From NCBI RefSeq assembly GCF_018977255.1, contig NW_024704743.1, positions 22,260,001 through 22,324,000 on the forward strand: 64,000 nucleotides of DNA, given 5' to 3'. This document shows, piece after piece, positions 1 through 12,289 of this stretch. A program made the position numbers and the translations under genes. The notes below the pieces were generated by a model. It did not search any database. It was given only the letters and a program-made list of their open reading frames with translations, and was not told the DNA's origin. The stretch's first letter is position 1; the number at the start of each line of letters is the position of its first letter. This DNA comes from Callorhinchus milii. Lineage: Eukaryota.

Positions 1-1732
1 TCAAAACAGACAGTTACGACAGATAGGCAGACAGACAGACAGATGGTTAGGAGACAGATAGTTAAGGGAAAGAGATACACACACACGCGCAAATGAACCA
101 ACCAACCTACAGCCAAGAGACAGAGGTGGGCAAGACAAGAGAGATGAAAGCTTTCATCCCATCAGTTGGGACTTGATTCATACGTGGGTCCCTGAGGTGG
201 AAGGGCACTGTGCTGATTTCCCCATCCACATCCCAGCTTCACTCACAACCAATTACCAGGAACAGCAAGAGGTGGCAACATACCCATTTCAAAAGCTGAA
301 AGCAACTTGAAACCTGTTCTCACAATGGGCAGTGCTCATACTTCCAGTAAACCGCCGGTGTGCAATTATTATTCGACAACCACAGACCACTTTCGCATTT
401 TTTGTGTTAAAGAGATTCACCAAAACCGTACGAAGTTACAAGTTACATTAAATGTTAATGCAGCATCCTCGGAATAATCAAGAGAACGCTACACAGACAG
501 AGTACTTACGAGCAGGCACTCGGATCATTTCCCAGTCACAATAGTGACAAGCTCGGAAACGCAGGCACACTACACTCCCTGGAACACTCAATTTTGCAGT
601 CTCCAAAACAACATAACTCCATTCCTGCCAGTTTGTGTGAGCTCAGGCTGGAGACAAGCTTCTCCGGGCCTGGCCTGGGGACCTTGGAAGAGGAGGAGGA
701 AGATATGTGGAAGAGAATTTGGCAAAAGTTGGAGATAGGTAGGGTTTTGGGGGAAGAAATAGTGATTTTACTGATTATTGAGGTGGCTTTTCCATGTCGT
801 GAGTGCTCCTTGCTGTGCTGCAATGGCTCAGCTTTTGCAGTTTTAGGCAATGCACTCTCGGTGGGATGTCTCACTGCCACTGGATGAAACACGACTTTGG
901 ACATAGAGACTTGCAAGTTCGTCCATCCGTTCATCTACAAAATATACAATCACTCGACTTTACAGTGTACCCTGTGAAGAGCTATGAGACGTCCTCCCAA
1001 CATGAAAGGCGCTATACCACCGTAAGGATTATTATTTTACAGTCTTTTTTATCCACTACCATCAATAAGAGAAATTCCACAAATTACATTTATATAGCAC
1101 CTTTCAAACCGTGGGGGGGGGTGGGGATGGAGGGTGGGAGGTGGCAAGGTAGGTGTCCCAAGAAGCTGTACAGTCAGGGATTTGGACCCGAGCAGGCGGT
1201 TGGGATCAGGGTGGGTGGAGGGCGGGGAAGTTAGGGGTAAGCGGGTAACAATCACAACAGCACGATTCATTTTCCAAATCCAGTTACAACTGAGCTCAGA
1301 TAAATCCTTCTATCGGGGCAATCCCAATGTAGTGGATAGAGCTGCAACTTACGGACTCGGAAGAAGGAAGAAATGAAGAAGGGAAATGAAAAGGCTCATC
1401 CTCAAAGTAAGTAATTTTTCCCTGCCTTGTTTTATCAAGTGAAGGAATTATTAAGTGAAAGAAAGGGAGAAATGAGGAGGAATTTTATACACGGATGTTG
1501 TTTGGGATGTGGAATACCGTGCAGAGTTCGGTGGTCGAGGCAGAATCCATATTCCAATCGGGAACGAGATAGGTAAGTAAAAAATAGTAATTTGCTGCAG
1601 CACTGCTGACTTAAACTAGGAGCAGGATACAGGGACTCAGAAACATGTCCATCTGGTCACCCAACCTTTTCACCACCACCACCACCACCGATAACCAGGA
1701 AATTCACGAGGAATATATTGGAACACATTAGA

Positions 1733-1890
1733 TGTCAGCCTGGCTCAGTTGGTAGCACTCTCACCTCTGAGTCACAAAGTTGATGGGTTTAAGGCCCACG
1801 TCAGGACTTTGAACACAGTCTAGACTGACACTCCAGTGCAGTGCTGGGGGTGTGCTGCATTGCTGATAGGGTCTGCGCTGGAGGTGTCCT
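1733..1890 (+). mobile_element. Older tRNA-derived SINE (SacSINE1/DeuSINE-like), 5' part
   Basis: tgtcagcctggctcagttggtagcactctcacctctgagtc head, shared with the copies at 50075, 11033, 35513 and 41525. Confidence 0.7.
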
Positions 1891-3404
1891 ATATTATGCT
1901 ACAATACAATGCACTGGGCTGCAGAAATCTTAGTATTTAGTTTTAGAGAAGGTGCTTGTATCTTGTACGTTAATAGCATTTCAAGACTGCAATCTCATTC
2001 TAGTTGAAAAAAGTCAAACACAATTTCTTTTGTGCGAATAAACATGAAAGATTTTTTTTGTAAAGTTCCCTTTTATCCAGTCTCTAACTTGTTTTCGTGC
2101 TATTGTTTCCTGCTGTGAGCTATGAATTTACAGAGACAGAGCCTCACATGCAAAACCAAGCTTGTGATGTGATGCGCTTCCATTCAATTATATGGCTTCT
2201 AATCCCTAGGGATCCTTTATCAAAGTCACAGCGATGAAAAACATTATCTTGTTTTGTGTACATGTATCCTAAAAGGGAGGCTTCTCTGTTTAATTGAGCG
2301 CATACAAATATTCCTTTGTTAGTTTTCCTCCATTCCAGTTATCTCCTCAGTAACAATCCTCGCAACCGATACTGCACCTTTCTCGTTGGGTGGACTTCTT
2401 AAATCGCTTCTCAGGACTTACTGTAAAGGGTAGTGACTGTGTATTTTGTGGGCAAGCCAATTTGCACACAGCAACGTTACATAAACAGCCAGGAAGTGAG
2501 TGACCAATTTTTCTTGGGGAACGGTTTGCCATGGTACTCTCTCTTTCATGTCCACCTGAAGAGGCACAGACTGGACCTCAATTTAGTGTCTATCTGACGG
2601 ACAGCATCTCCGCCAACCAGCTCCTTGGTTCTCACAGGAGCTAATAAGAAAGCACGTCAATGCTGTGGCAACAACGCAGCTGGAGACCTTGTGGGAGCGA
2701 GAGAGGACAGGCTGTACAGAAAGCCTAGATTTTTTTTATGCCACACACAAATTCTCTCCTCAACCATTCAAAATCAAGAACTTAGAAAACAATCAATCAT
2801 GAGTCCAAACCTAACACTCGCAAATGTTAATTTTTTTTGCTCGCAACTGTAAAAGTACTTTGAGATGTTACTTCGCATGTTAAATATTTTACGAGTGCAA
2901 GTTGTTCCTTAAAAGCATTATCTAATCTTTCAAAAATATTCCTGTAAAATTAGTTTTTTCTTTGGGGTCATCTTTAATTTTTAAAGAAAGTTGCTTCCTT
3001 TTTAAAAACAATGTTATTTTTTGTCTCTCGCTCTACTCTTCCCCTTTACTCGTGTCATTTTCCTCGGCTAAATCTCTGGAGTTTTTCTGCTCCCCAGTTT
3101 GAATGTAACCACAATTTGAAAAATCTGAATTTGCAATGCTTAAACCTACTGGTGATGCCTACTGCTGTTTCAGATCCAAATCTGCTGAATTTAAGCTTTG
3201 AAACTTCTTCCTTCATACTTTATATTTGGCAATTTCTTAAAGTGAGTGTTAAATTACTTGCGCAAAAAAGTGTGAAAAGCGCTATATCAAATGCAAGGAT
3301 TATTATTAATATTATTATAGCCTGTAAAGCACTTTGGGATAGCCCTCCCAATGTGAAAGGTGCTATAACCAAATGAGAGGATTAGGATCATTACTTTATT
3401 ATTA

Positions 3405-3540
3405 ACTTGAGAACCTTGTTTTTTGCAGTTCTTAAAAAGACCTATGAAAAATTAAGACTGAATTTGAAAATTTCACAAAGTTTTGCACCATCTTAAATTT
3501 TAAGACAATGGTACTGAGAATAAAACCACGTGAAATTGCA
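3405..3540. repeat. Half copy of an old palindromic MITE-like repeat
   Basis: Aligns by eye with the reverse complement of 8645-8780 (cagttcttaaa...agactga...tgcaccatcttaaattttaagacaa). Confidence 0.45.
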
Positions 3541-3839
3541 GGTTCCAGGAACCCGTGCTGTGCAAGGAGTCATTGGCACCGCATACGTTCAGAGCAGTCT
3601 CTTAGTTTAAGTCCGACTGTGAGATCTGAGAAGTCAATAATAAAGCATGCAATCCCATGGCAACAGTGGAACTAGAGACATTTTGGAAACCGTGTCTGAA
3701 GAGAGGATAGGCCGTACAGCAGAAGGCATGCTGAGTATCTATATCGGGTTCACCAGCTGAAGTCAAGGGCTGCAACGGTGGAAGTTTGGTCGGAACCGTC
3801 AACGCGAGACAAATACAATATTAGTGAGTAAGTGGGGCC

Positions 3840-4010
3840 CCACACACACATACATACACACGCGCACACATACACGGGCAGGCACGCACACAAACACGCA
3901 CACACAAAACACACACCCACAAGAGATATAAATAGAGACAAATAGAGATACAGAGAGAGAGAAAAGAGAGAAGAGAGAACTCAGAGAAAGAGAGATGAAA
4001 AAGAGACACA
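3840..4010. repeat. Degenerate (CA)n/(GA)n low-complexity tract
   Basis: Seen directly in the sequence. Confidence 0.8.
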
Positions 4011-5759
4011 CACCAGTTTTATACACTGCTTATATGCGCACAGGGCTGGGCTCAATTAATGCGGATATAGGACTTTTCTATTGTAAATTTTTACTGTCTT
4101 GTTTTTTTTTCCCCCACTGAATTTACTGAAGGGCAAATAAACAAATTGCCTTTACTGATGGTCATGATGGGTTTGCAGCCCTGATCCTTTTGCTCTTTGT
4201 TGCAGGATTACTGCTCCTTTGATTGAAGGTGAAGCATGGAATAAATCCTCAGGTGTAGGAAACTTCTAACTAGCCGCCCGCTATCTCATTGACAAACAAT
4301 TCCAATTGATCTGCAAAATTCATCTCATTTGGCCTGCCCTCAGCATTCAAGCTAATGCATAATTGGAAACAACTGGACTCAATTTATTAAAAATAAGCAT
4401 TGCACAAGAATTGTGACAATTTATAGTCCTGGCCTTTGACAACGTCCCTTTGCTTTCTGGATATAGTAATAAAATCCAAATTCCCTCTGACAGCTCAGTG
4501 GGTAAAGGCAATGGGTAAATGAGCCACATCCCAACTACACAAATCATAGGAGAAAAGAGAGGAACGTAACTCTGCGATGAAAAGCAAAATACCCACATCT
4601 GGGTAGAAGACAAGAAAAAACAATGGATACACCTTCCTACAACACTTCTAAACATCAAGGCATTGACTCCAAATTTTTCTTCAGTCTTCTTATTTAGCAG
4701 AGCAGAACATAACTCAAGGAGTCTCTATCCAAACATTGCTGGGGCAGTTGATATAAACTCAAAATAAAACCCACACCGGTGAGGCTATTTATATCAAACA
4801 CAATTAATTTGGAAACAATGCAACAAAACAAAGTCTGCATGACATTTCTGATACTTTCCTCGGCCCTGCCATTAAGCTCTCCTTCTGGCTGAAACGAAAG
4901 ATGAATGCAGCACTTCAGGCATCCACAATTGTTACAGCTCAATAATTGGTTTACAAACAAAAATGTTTCAATGAAGAAAAATGAGCAGACAAAAGAATCG
5001 AGTTCCGCTGAAAACGACACCATCGCTCTTGAGTATATTTATAGGATTGGTTCGGCTGAAGAGGGCCCTCCGACCAATTTGATCTCGTCTTTCCAGAACA
5101 TTGACCCTCCCATCACAGCAGCATCAAGCTGNTTTTTTAAATGAGTCCAATGTGTCCATGTCGTGGCCTCAACCACCCGTCCTAACAACCTACTGCAGTT
5201 GTTAATTATCCTCTGGGTAAAGAAATTATTCCTGGTGCCTGTCCTATTTCATGCATCTAGGGTTAGCATCAATCACGTCCGGCAAAGCATGGGTTAGATT
5301 CAAAATATAGATTCTGGAATGTCCCTCAACAATATTGCTTAACTTCAATCTTGAAAGACCAGAAACACTGCATGATCTACAGTACGGTAGAATTGTATCC
5401 TACATGAAGGACTCTCTCTCTCTCTATATATATATATGTTCTTCTATATCCCACATGGTGCTCATTTCTTCAGTCTATCTGAGTTGCACTGTCTATTCTG
5501 GGGAATTGTTGTGATGTGAGCCCATGCCATTGGGAACTGCATTATCTGCCCTAATTCATTTTACGTAGGTTTTTCATAACAAAGCTTTTCTTCCCCACCC
5601 ACCACACACAGCCCCTACCCACCCACACACACACCAACCTGTGCGTATTTAATAACAATCAGGAGATGTGCATCTGAAATTCTACTGCTTATACTATAAT
5701 GAAATGCCTCAAAACCCAACTTTTCTCCTCTCCCCTTGCCCCTCCACCCCCCACAGCAG

Positions 5760-6030
5760 CAGCAAATTTGCACACAGCAATGTCCCACAAAGAGTCATGA
5801 GGTGAATGCCCAATTCACCTGGGGGAATGTTGACCACGACACCGGAAGAAACATTATTTTCTTTTCAAACAGTGTCACAGGCTTTTTCATGCCCTGAACA
5901 GGCAGACCAGGACCTCAGTTTAGCATCTCATCCAAAGGTTGGCACCTCTCACAATGTACTGCTCACCCTATACTACACTCCAGAGGTGAGACTGCAAGCA
6001 ACTGAACCAGGCTTACAACCTTACAACCTA
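5760..6030 (-). mobile_element. Older Deu-domain-type SINE fragment
   Basis: Deu-like core aatttgcacacagcaatgtcccacaa plus ctgaacaggcagac...catctcatccaaagg, shared with other copies. Confidence 0.6.
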
Positions 6031-8639
6031 TTTAGCTTCAAATCGACTGTGCAGATAGACCAGTTCATACTGAAAAGAATAGGAGCAGATAACAGTCTCT
6101 CTTCCTGAAATACATTCACCAATTTACTCTCAGATCAGCCACCATTCTCTGACTTCCTCTGATAGTAAGTAGGTACAACACCTGTAGAGCCACTGAAATG
6201 TACAGGACAGAAGACGGGGATTCATCCTATCGTGTCTGTGCTGGCTCTTTTAAGAGCAATCCTTTCGGTCCCATTTACCTGACCTTTCCCGTGTCCCTGT
6301 AGTTTCACCCACAAAACATAATAGTCAATTCACTTTACAGTATATTCTGTGAAACGCTTTGAGACGTCTCAATAACGAGATAAATCATTAAAACTATATC
6401 AAATGCAAGGCTTTTATACTGTATATAAATATATACAATATATAGTTGAGTCCTTTATAGGTGTGTCACCTGACCGTATAAATCAGGACGTCACTGGTTT
6501 GGAATCCTGGTCTAAGCGGAGTCATTTTAGGGGAACTGCAAATAGATGACTTAGTGCAACTGATTAGCGAGGACAAAATTTCAGCCAGGGTCCCATTTGT
6601 GATCACTAAGCCATGAGACTCCTGCCATCGCTGCCAAATAACAGAAATATCTTCGGACTGTCAGGAGCTCAGCTTTGGAGAGGGCAGGCTTCAGTTTGCA
6701 AGGCTGTAGGAAGCGCCCATCATGCTTCAATGCTGATGACTGTTGCGCAGTAAACATTCAACTGAAATGAATTAAGTAACAGCAAAACAAGTCTGCGAGG
6801 CAGAAAAACAACAGCAACAGCCAAGGCCAATGCTGACAGTAGGCAAAATCCAAATGCTTTTTGACAGAGTTCAAGCCTTTGAGAGGTACGGTTTCAAGTT
6901 TATACAGAACCGCAGGAAGAATTAAAGGTCAGTACGTTCCGTACTTCCACAAATGTCCAAAGCAAATAGGAACAGAATACAGTACCTGCTCCCCTGCAAT
7001 AGCCAGCCACAAGCTTCCAGGAAGGGTTGTTGAAAAAGAATTATGCCAAGTGAATTTCCTAGCACCTAAAATGCTTTTCAGCCTCTAGATAGTCAGCACT
7101 AGAAATCCGAGCCAGGCCTGTGAGTGCTCAAATCCTCACTGAACTACAGTTTCAGGACAATCGCATTACACTCTTAGAATCCATTGAATTTCAATGTTAG
7201 ACCCCTGGGAATTCCTGTGAATGACAAGTGGGATCAGAAATATTACACTCGTTGTAAATTTATGAGCTAGGCTGAATTTTTAGTCAGGTTTAGGTCTGAC
7301 GGTGCCCATCCAGCAAGCAGTCAATGCCTTCGGGGATAAAGAGAGAGAAATGAAGAGATAAATTATAAAAATGCTTAACTCAGAGGTTTTTCTTTTAGCA
7401 TAGTGAAGTGCTTTAACTGGTTGGATAGATTCTAGAAGAGGAGGAATATTAAAGGGTTTGAGAAGCAGGAAAGTGGAATTAAATTGGTGCGCTTGTTTGT
7501 GTGGAGAAAAACGCCAGCTCAGAATTAACTGACCGGTTTCTGTCCTTCAAACTAACTTTAAGATGTTGCACTTGTGAGCGCAATGCTAAAGGCAAAAGAA
7601 ACAATGCTAAAGGCGATAAAAGAAAAAATGTATTGGATCGGGCGACGAAAAAGCTTAACCACCACTGATATAAAGGTTGAGCAATGAAGGACACTGTTTG
7701 GCCCCTTGTGTCGACCCTCTTTCTCTGCAGTCTTTCACCTTTTACTTCCCAGGTCCATTCTGAATGATTCTTCACTGATCCAGGCTCAACAGCCAATTGT
7801 AATAATGAATTGCATACTCGAATCCTCTGAGTGAAGAAATTCCTTCCGACCTCTCCGCTTGCAATGGAAGTACAGCTTATCACGAGTCCGAGTCACAAGG
7901 CGATAAATTTACTTCTTTCCCTCATTAATTTCCTGAAGATGTTAATTTCATTTAGTGTCTCGTCAACCGATCATTTGTTTTTCCATCAATGTTTGCCGGA
8001 ATATAATGCGGAAAAATCTAATGATAAAGATTCCGGATCACATCAGCTCCAAGTGGTTCAGTCGTTCGAACCAGTTCTTAATTAGAGAGACGGCATTGGA
8101 GAGCTCATCAGGTTAAATAGCTCTCATTTGATAGTTCACCAATTAAATATCTCCCATTTTACAGTGCAAAAAAATCGCAACGTTTGGGATGTGAAAGGTG
8201 CAGTATCAAATGTAAGGATTATTATTATTGTTTGTTAGTGCACCCAGCTAAACATCTCTCTAGAGAGTGCACCCAGCTAAATATGCATTTTAATCTGCAC
8301 TGCCCAGTCCAAACTGTGTAAAAATACTTCATTCTGTAAAATCACTCGATAATCCTTTGGTTCGTCAACATACATAATCCTGCTCACTGCCTCTGATCTT
8401 TGCTGCTTTTTACTCAAAATATATATATCTATTTAAAAATCATTAACATAATCAACAAGCTTCAGCAAAGGGCAAAGATACTGCCCTAAACTGTACATGT
8501 GTACAGATAAGACGTTCATCATCTAGAAGCCAAGTCAGTGTGAGTTAGCTGATCTCAGCCAGGGTTGAAGTTGGGGAACTATAAATGGCTTGAGGATTCT
8601 CGGGCTAAAGAGGACATGTTTATTTGAGACACTGAGGTC

Positions 8640-8880
8640 TGAATATCACCTGGACTTAGCCCTTAAGACAATTTTGTCTTGAAATTCAAGATAGTGCAGA
8701 TTTGGGGAAAATTCTTTGGGGGGAAAACTCAGTCTAAATTCAGAAGTCGTTTCTTGTTTAAGAACTGTGGAAATCTGGCTTCTAAATTGAGACCGATATC
8801 AAGAGATTTTGTCAAAACCGCACGCAATCTTAAACTTTAAGACAATGTACAGGTTAAGACTCGGTGGAATTTTGGGACAC
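8640..8880. repeat. Old palindromic MITE-like element
   Basis: Imperfect inverted arms ttgtcttgaaattcaagatagtgc and gcacgcaatcttaaactttaagacaa; related half copy at 3405. Confidence 0.45.
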
Positions 8881-9464
8881 CATCTTCCCGAGAGAAAATT
8901 GGGTGAAGGGCAGGAAATCAAAACTGCCTGTTAAGAAAATAACTTGAAAAACATGTAAAATAGGTTTTCACTGAGTAAAGTTTAGGTGTATAATTATTTT
9001 CACTGATGTGCGTCTGAATATCTAATTTATTTAAATGTACTATAAGAAAGCCAGTGTTACAGACTTGCCTGTTACGGAGACTAAAACAACAGAAGAACGA
9101 CCAATTGCAGAAAAACATAATAGGGTTTAGCACGAAAGGTCTAGTTGGGGCTGATCTCTGAGACCAGCCCAGATTGACTATGAAGCACCTATGACAATAA
9201 ATCACAGATACTTGCTTTCCATCTTTACTCCACACCTCATAACCTGGGTCAATAGAAAATTGCGGCCACAATTTTTCCACGGAATCCGCTATAAACAGTG
9301 CCCTCCGCTACAAAACACGTTAAACAATGTAGCTTCTGGCCAATGGCCTCTCGTGCTGTTTATCCGCCGTTACTGTGGGCCCGGTGGCTACGGACTTTCA
9401 TGCGCAATGGGGCGCAAGCGGGAATTGAGCTTCACTCCACTCGGAGACCCCACTGTTGAGATTG

Positions 9465-9670
9465 TTTTTGTGTGTCTATGTGTTTGTGAGTATCTGTGTG
9501 TGTCTCTGTGTTTGTGAGTGTTTGTGTGTGTCTGTGTTTGAGAGTGACTGTGTGTCTCTGTGGTTGTGAGTCTCTGTGTGTGTCTGTGTTTGTGAGTGTC
9601 TGTGTGTGACTGTGTTTGAGAGTGTGTGTGTGTGTGTGTGTCTCTCCCTTCCTCTCTGTGTCTGAGTGTA
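9465..9670. repeat. Degenerate (TG)n/TGTC microsatellite
   Basis: Seen directly in the sequence. Confidence 0.85.
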
Positions 9671-10589
9671 TCTATCTCTGAGGCAGGAGGAGGTGAGCTC
9701 CTGTAGTCCTGCAGTCGGGGCACTGGTCCTTCGGGTCTGCGCTGGTGTCCCCACCCACCCCAACCCATGGCCATCCAGTTCATATTAAAGAAGAAATGAA
9801 TTCAGAAAAAATTGCAACAACCTAATATGTGTTATTTCCTCATTATTTTTAATCAATGAAGCGAACAAATGTAGGTTGGGAGTGAAATGTACCTCTCAAT
9901 ACCACCGATCAACCCCCTGCAATTTGCCGCAACCCCCCCCCCCAATTTCGGGCAAATACTTCCGCACTTTTCTACCAGCCCAGCAGAACCTCATAAAATT
10001 CACAAGCTCCTCTCTCATCTGCAAACCCAGCTTGTCGAACTCCCCGTCTCCCCGGATACAAGACCGGCAGTGGGAATGTCAATAAGCTTCTGCGCTCTGA
10101 TTGCTGTCGGGGGTAAATGCACCACCGATAGCACGGGTCAAATCCCACTGGCTTCCGAAACCTGGGCTGAGGTTAACAAGGTTCCACATGGCTGAGTGAA
10201 GTAAGCAGCTTTCAAACCGCCCCAAGCAGCTGCTAGATTCATTTGTAAAGCTCGCTCGTAAAACACAGGGATATGACAGCACACCTCAGCTAAGGGTACG
10301 GGGGTGGGAGTTGGCGGGGGTGAGGGGAGATAGTGTTGGGAAGGGAGTGGAGAAATATATGTGGTAATAATTCCGCAGAAACATGGAGACGTTCACATAA
10401 AGGGGCATGAGTGCTGGGACATCTGCTCTAATAATAATAAACTTTCTGTAAAACCGTTTGTGAAAAAAAAGGTATGAATAATGCACACAGCAGTCCACCA
10501 TTTCTCTCATAAGACTGGTGTTTAGTTTTTTTCTAAACGTTGTTTTTATGATTCATTATGATTAATCTGCGAGTCTTTCACCATCCTCC

Positions 10590-10935
10590 CTCCCCACCCA
10601 CCCCATGTTCCCTTGGCTCCGCTGGCTCTCCCTCCCCCTTCCACGGCGGATCAAATTCAAGATCCTTATCCTCATCCTATCGTTCAAATCTCACCACAGG
10701 CTCACCACACCTCACTCTGACCTCCTGCAACCCTTCCGCTCCCTCTGTTTAGTGAACAGCTACTCCCTCCGTTTCCCTCCAGTCACCCTCACATCCCCTG
10801 CCCCGTCATCAACTTTCTGCCATTCTTCCCTCGTTCTCGGGAACTCCATCCCGGAGTCCCTCCCATTCACCCCCTCCCTCCCACTACCAAAGCTCCTCCT
10901 GATGTGAAAGGCCCTATATCAATGTAAATTGTAGT
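10590..10935 (+). mobile_element. L2-type LINE 3' fragment
   Basis: Peptide LRWLSLPLPRRIKFKILILILSFKSHH..SDLLQP resembles the L2 ORF2 C-terminus; ends with the tail gatgtgaaaggccctatatcaatgtaaattg. Confidence 0.7.
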
Positions 10936-11032
10936 ATACTGTACATATTAATAGGGAAGGATCGCCTAAAAATGTCCCCCTCTTGATCACTATCCAGAGA
11001 ACCTCTGGCCGTCAAGGTTTGGGTCCGATAGA

Positions 11033-11560
11033 TGTCAAGTTTGGTTCAGTTGGTAACACTGACGGTTCTGGGTAAGAAGAATTGGGGTTCAGTTCCCATG
11101 TTGGGACTTTAAACTTGTGGTCAAGCCTGACACTTCAATATTGTGCTGGGAAACCCCTGCATTGACAGACATGCTGTCCTTCGAATGAGACCTTAAACCA
11201 AGGTCCTGTCTGCTTGTTCATGGGGATGTTAAGAATCCCGTGCACTATTCAACAAAATAAGGGAGTTTCTCCCGGTGAACTGGCCAATGCCAATTCGTCA
11301 GACAAGATTGGTCATTCACTTCAAGGCTACTTGTTACTGGGATCTGTTACTGTGAAGCACTCCGAGACGCCATCCGGAGTGGAGGGCGCTATATAATTCC
11401 AAGTTGTTGTTGTTGTTTGTGAGACACTGCTGTGTGCAAATTGGCTGCTGCGTTCACCAACAAATGCATAGTCATTACACTTTGCAGTAACTCCTGTGAA
11501 GCGCTTTGAGACATCGACAATACAATATGATGACGTGATATCAAACACAAGTGTTTTTGT
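11033..11560 (+). mobile_element. Older Deu-domain-type SINE interrupted by a short L2 3' tail (~11345-11420)
   Basis: Head tgtcaagtttggttcagttggtaacact and Deu core ctgtgtgcaaattggctgctgcgttc, with an internal gggcgctatataattccaagttgttgttg tail. Confidence 0.65.
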
Positions 11561-12289
11561 TATTTCTTAACTGTTGAAAAAAATGTGCCAACATTCCCTG
11601 CCAAGGTTTCCAGAATGAAATATGGAAAGATATAATAAGTATTATAATAATAATAATCCTTGCATTTGATATAGCGCCTTATCAGGTCTTTGAGATGTCT
11701 CAAAGCGCTTCACAGAATAAGCTGCCAAGTGAATTTTGAGGCTGATATCACGAGCTGCTGACACCCTTGGCACCCCACGTCCACTAGCACAGACCAGCCT
11801 TCAACAGGGGAGAGAAATGTGGTGAAAACTGGCATTCAAAAGGTACATCCTTTTCAGTACTGAAATGAGAAGTAATGCCATGAACAGCAGAAGTGTGCAT
11901 CTGCACATACCAACACCTGGCAAAGCCTTTCTAGCACCTGTCCAGGATGAGAATTCCCCTCTCAATAACCGACTTGGCAAAGCGACGTGAGAAATCATAA
12001 ACTGTGATAGTGCGCTCATAACCTCAGCGAAATGACCTCGAGGGACAAGTGTAAGGTCTTCCAGCAATGCAGCTTCCCCACTGTCTCAGCAATGGAGAGG
12101 ACACACTGAGAAGCAACCAACAAAAGAGAATTCTAAATTTGTTTCTGTTAACAGTTACCTCTCCTTGAGAAATACGAGCAGATGGTCCTGAGCATGGAGA
12201 GCGTTCTATGCTTAGTTTTTTTCTGCAGCAAAGCAGGATCTGTCATATATTTTTTCAGCAATTGTAGGATTCCTGGCGGTTGGGGAAAA

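Noticed and set aside
1353..1355. 3-nt microexon candidate (long pyrimidine tract, GAG|TCC|GTAAGT)
   Set aside because: GAG acceptors are rare and there is no UGC motif, so this is likely chance.
6733..6756. Hammerhead-like CTGATGA-ctg..cag-TAAAC (and CTGATGA..GAAAC near 51849)
   Set aside because: The first lacks the essential G of GAAA, and the second has no stem II.
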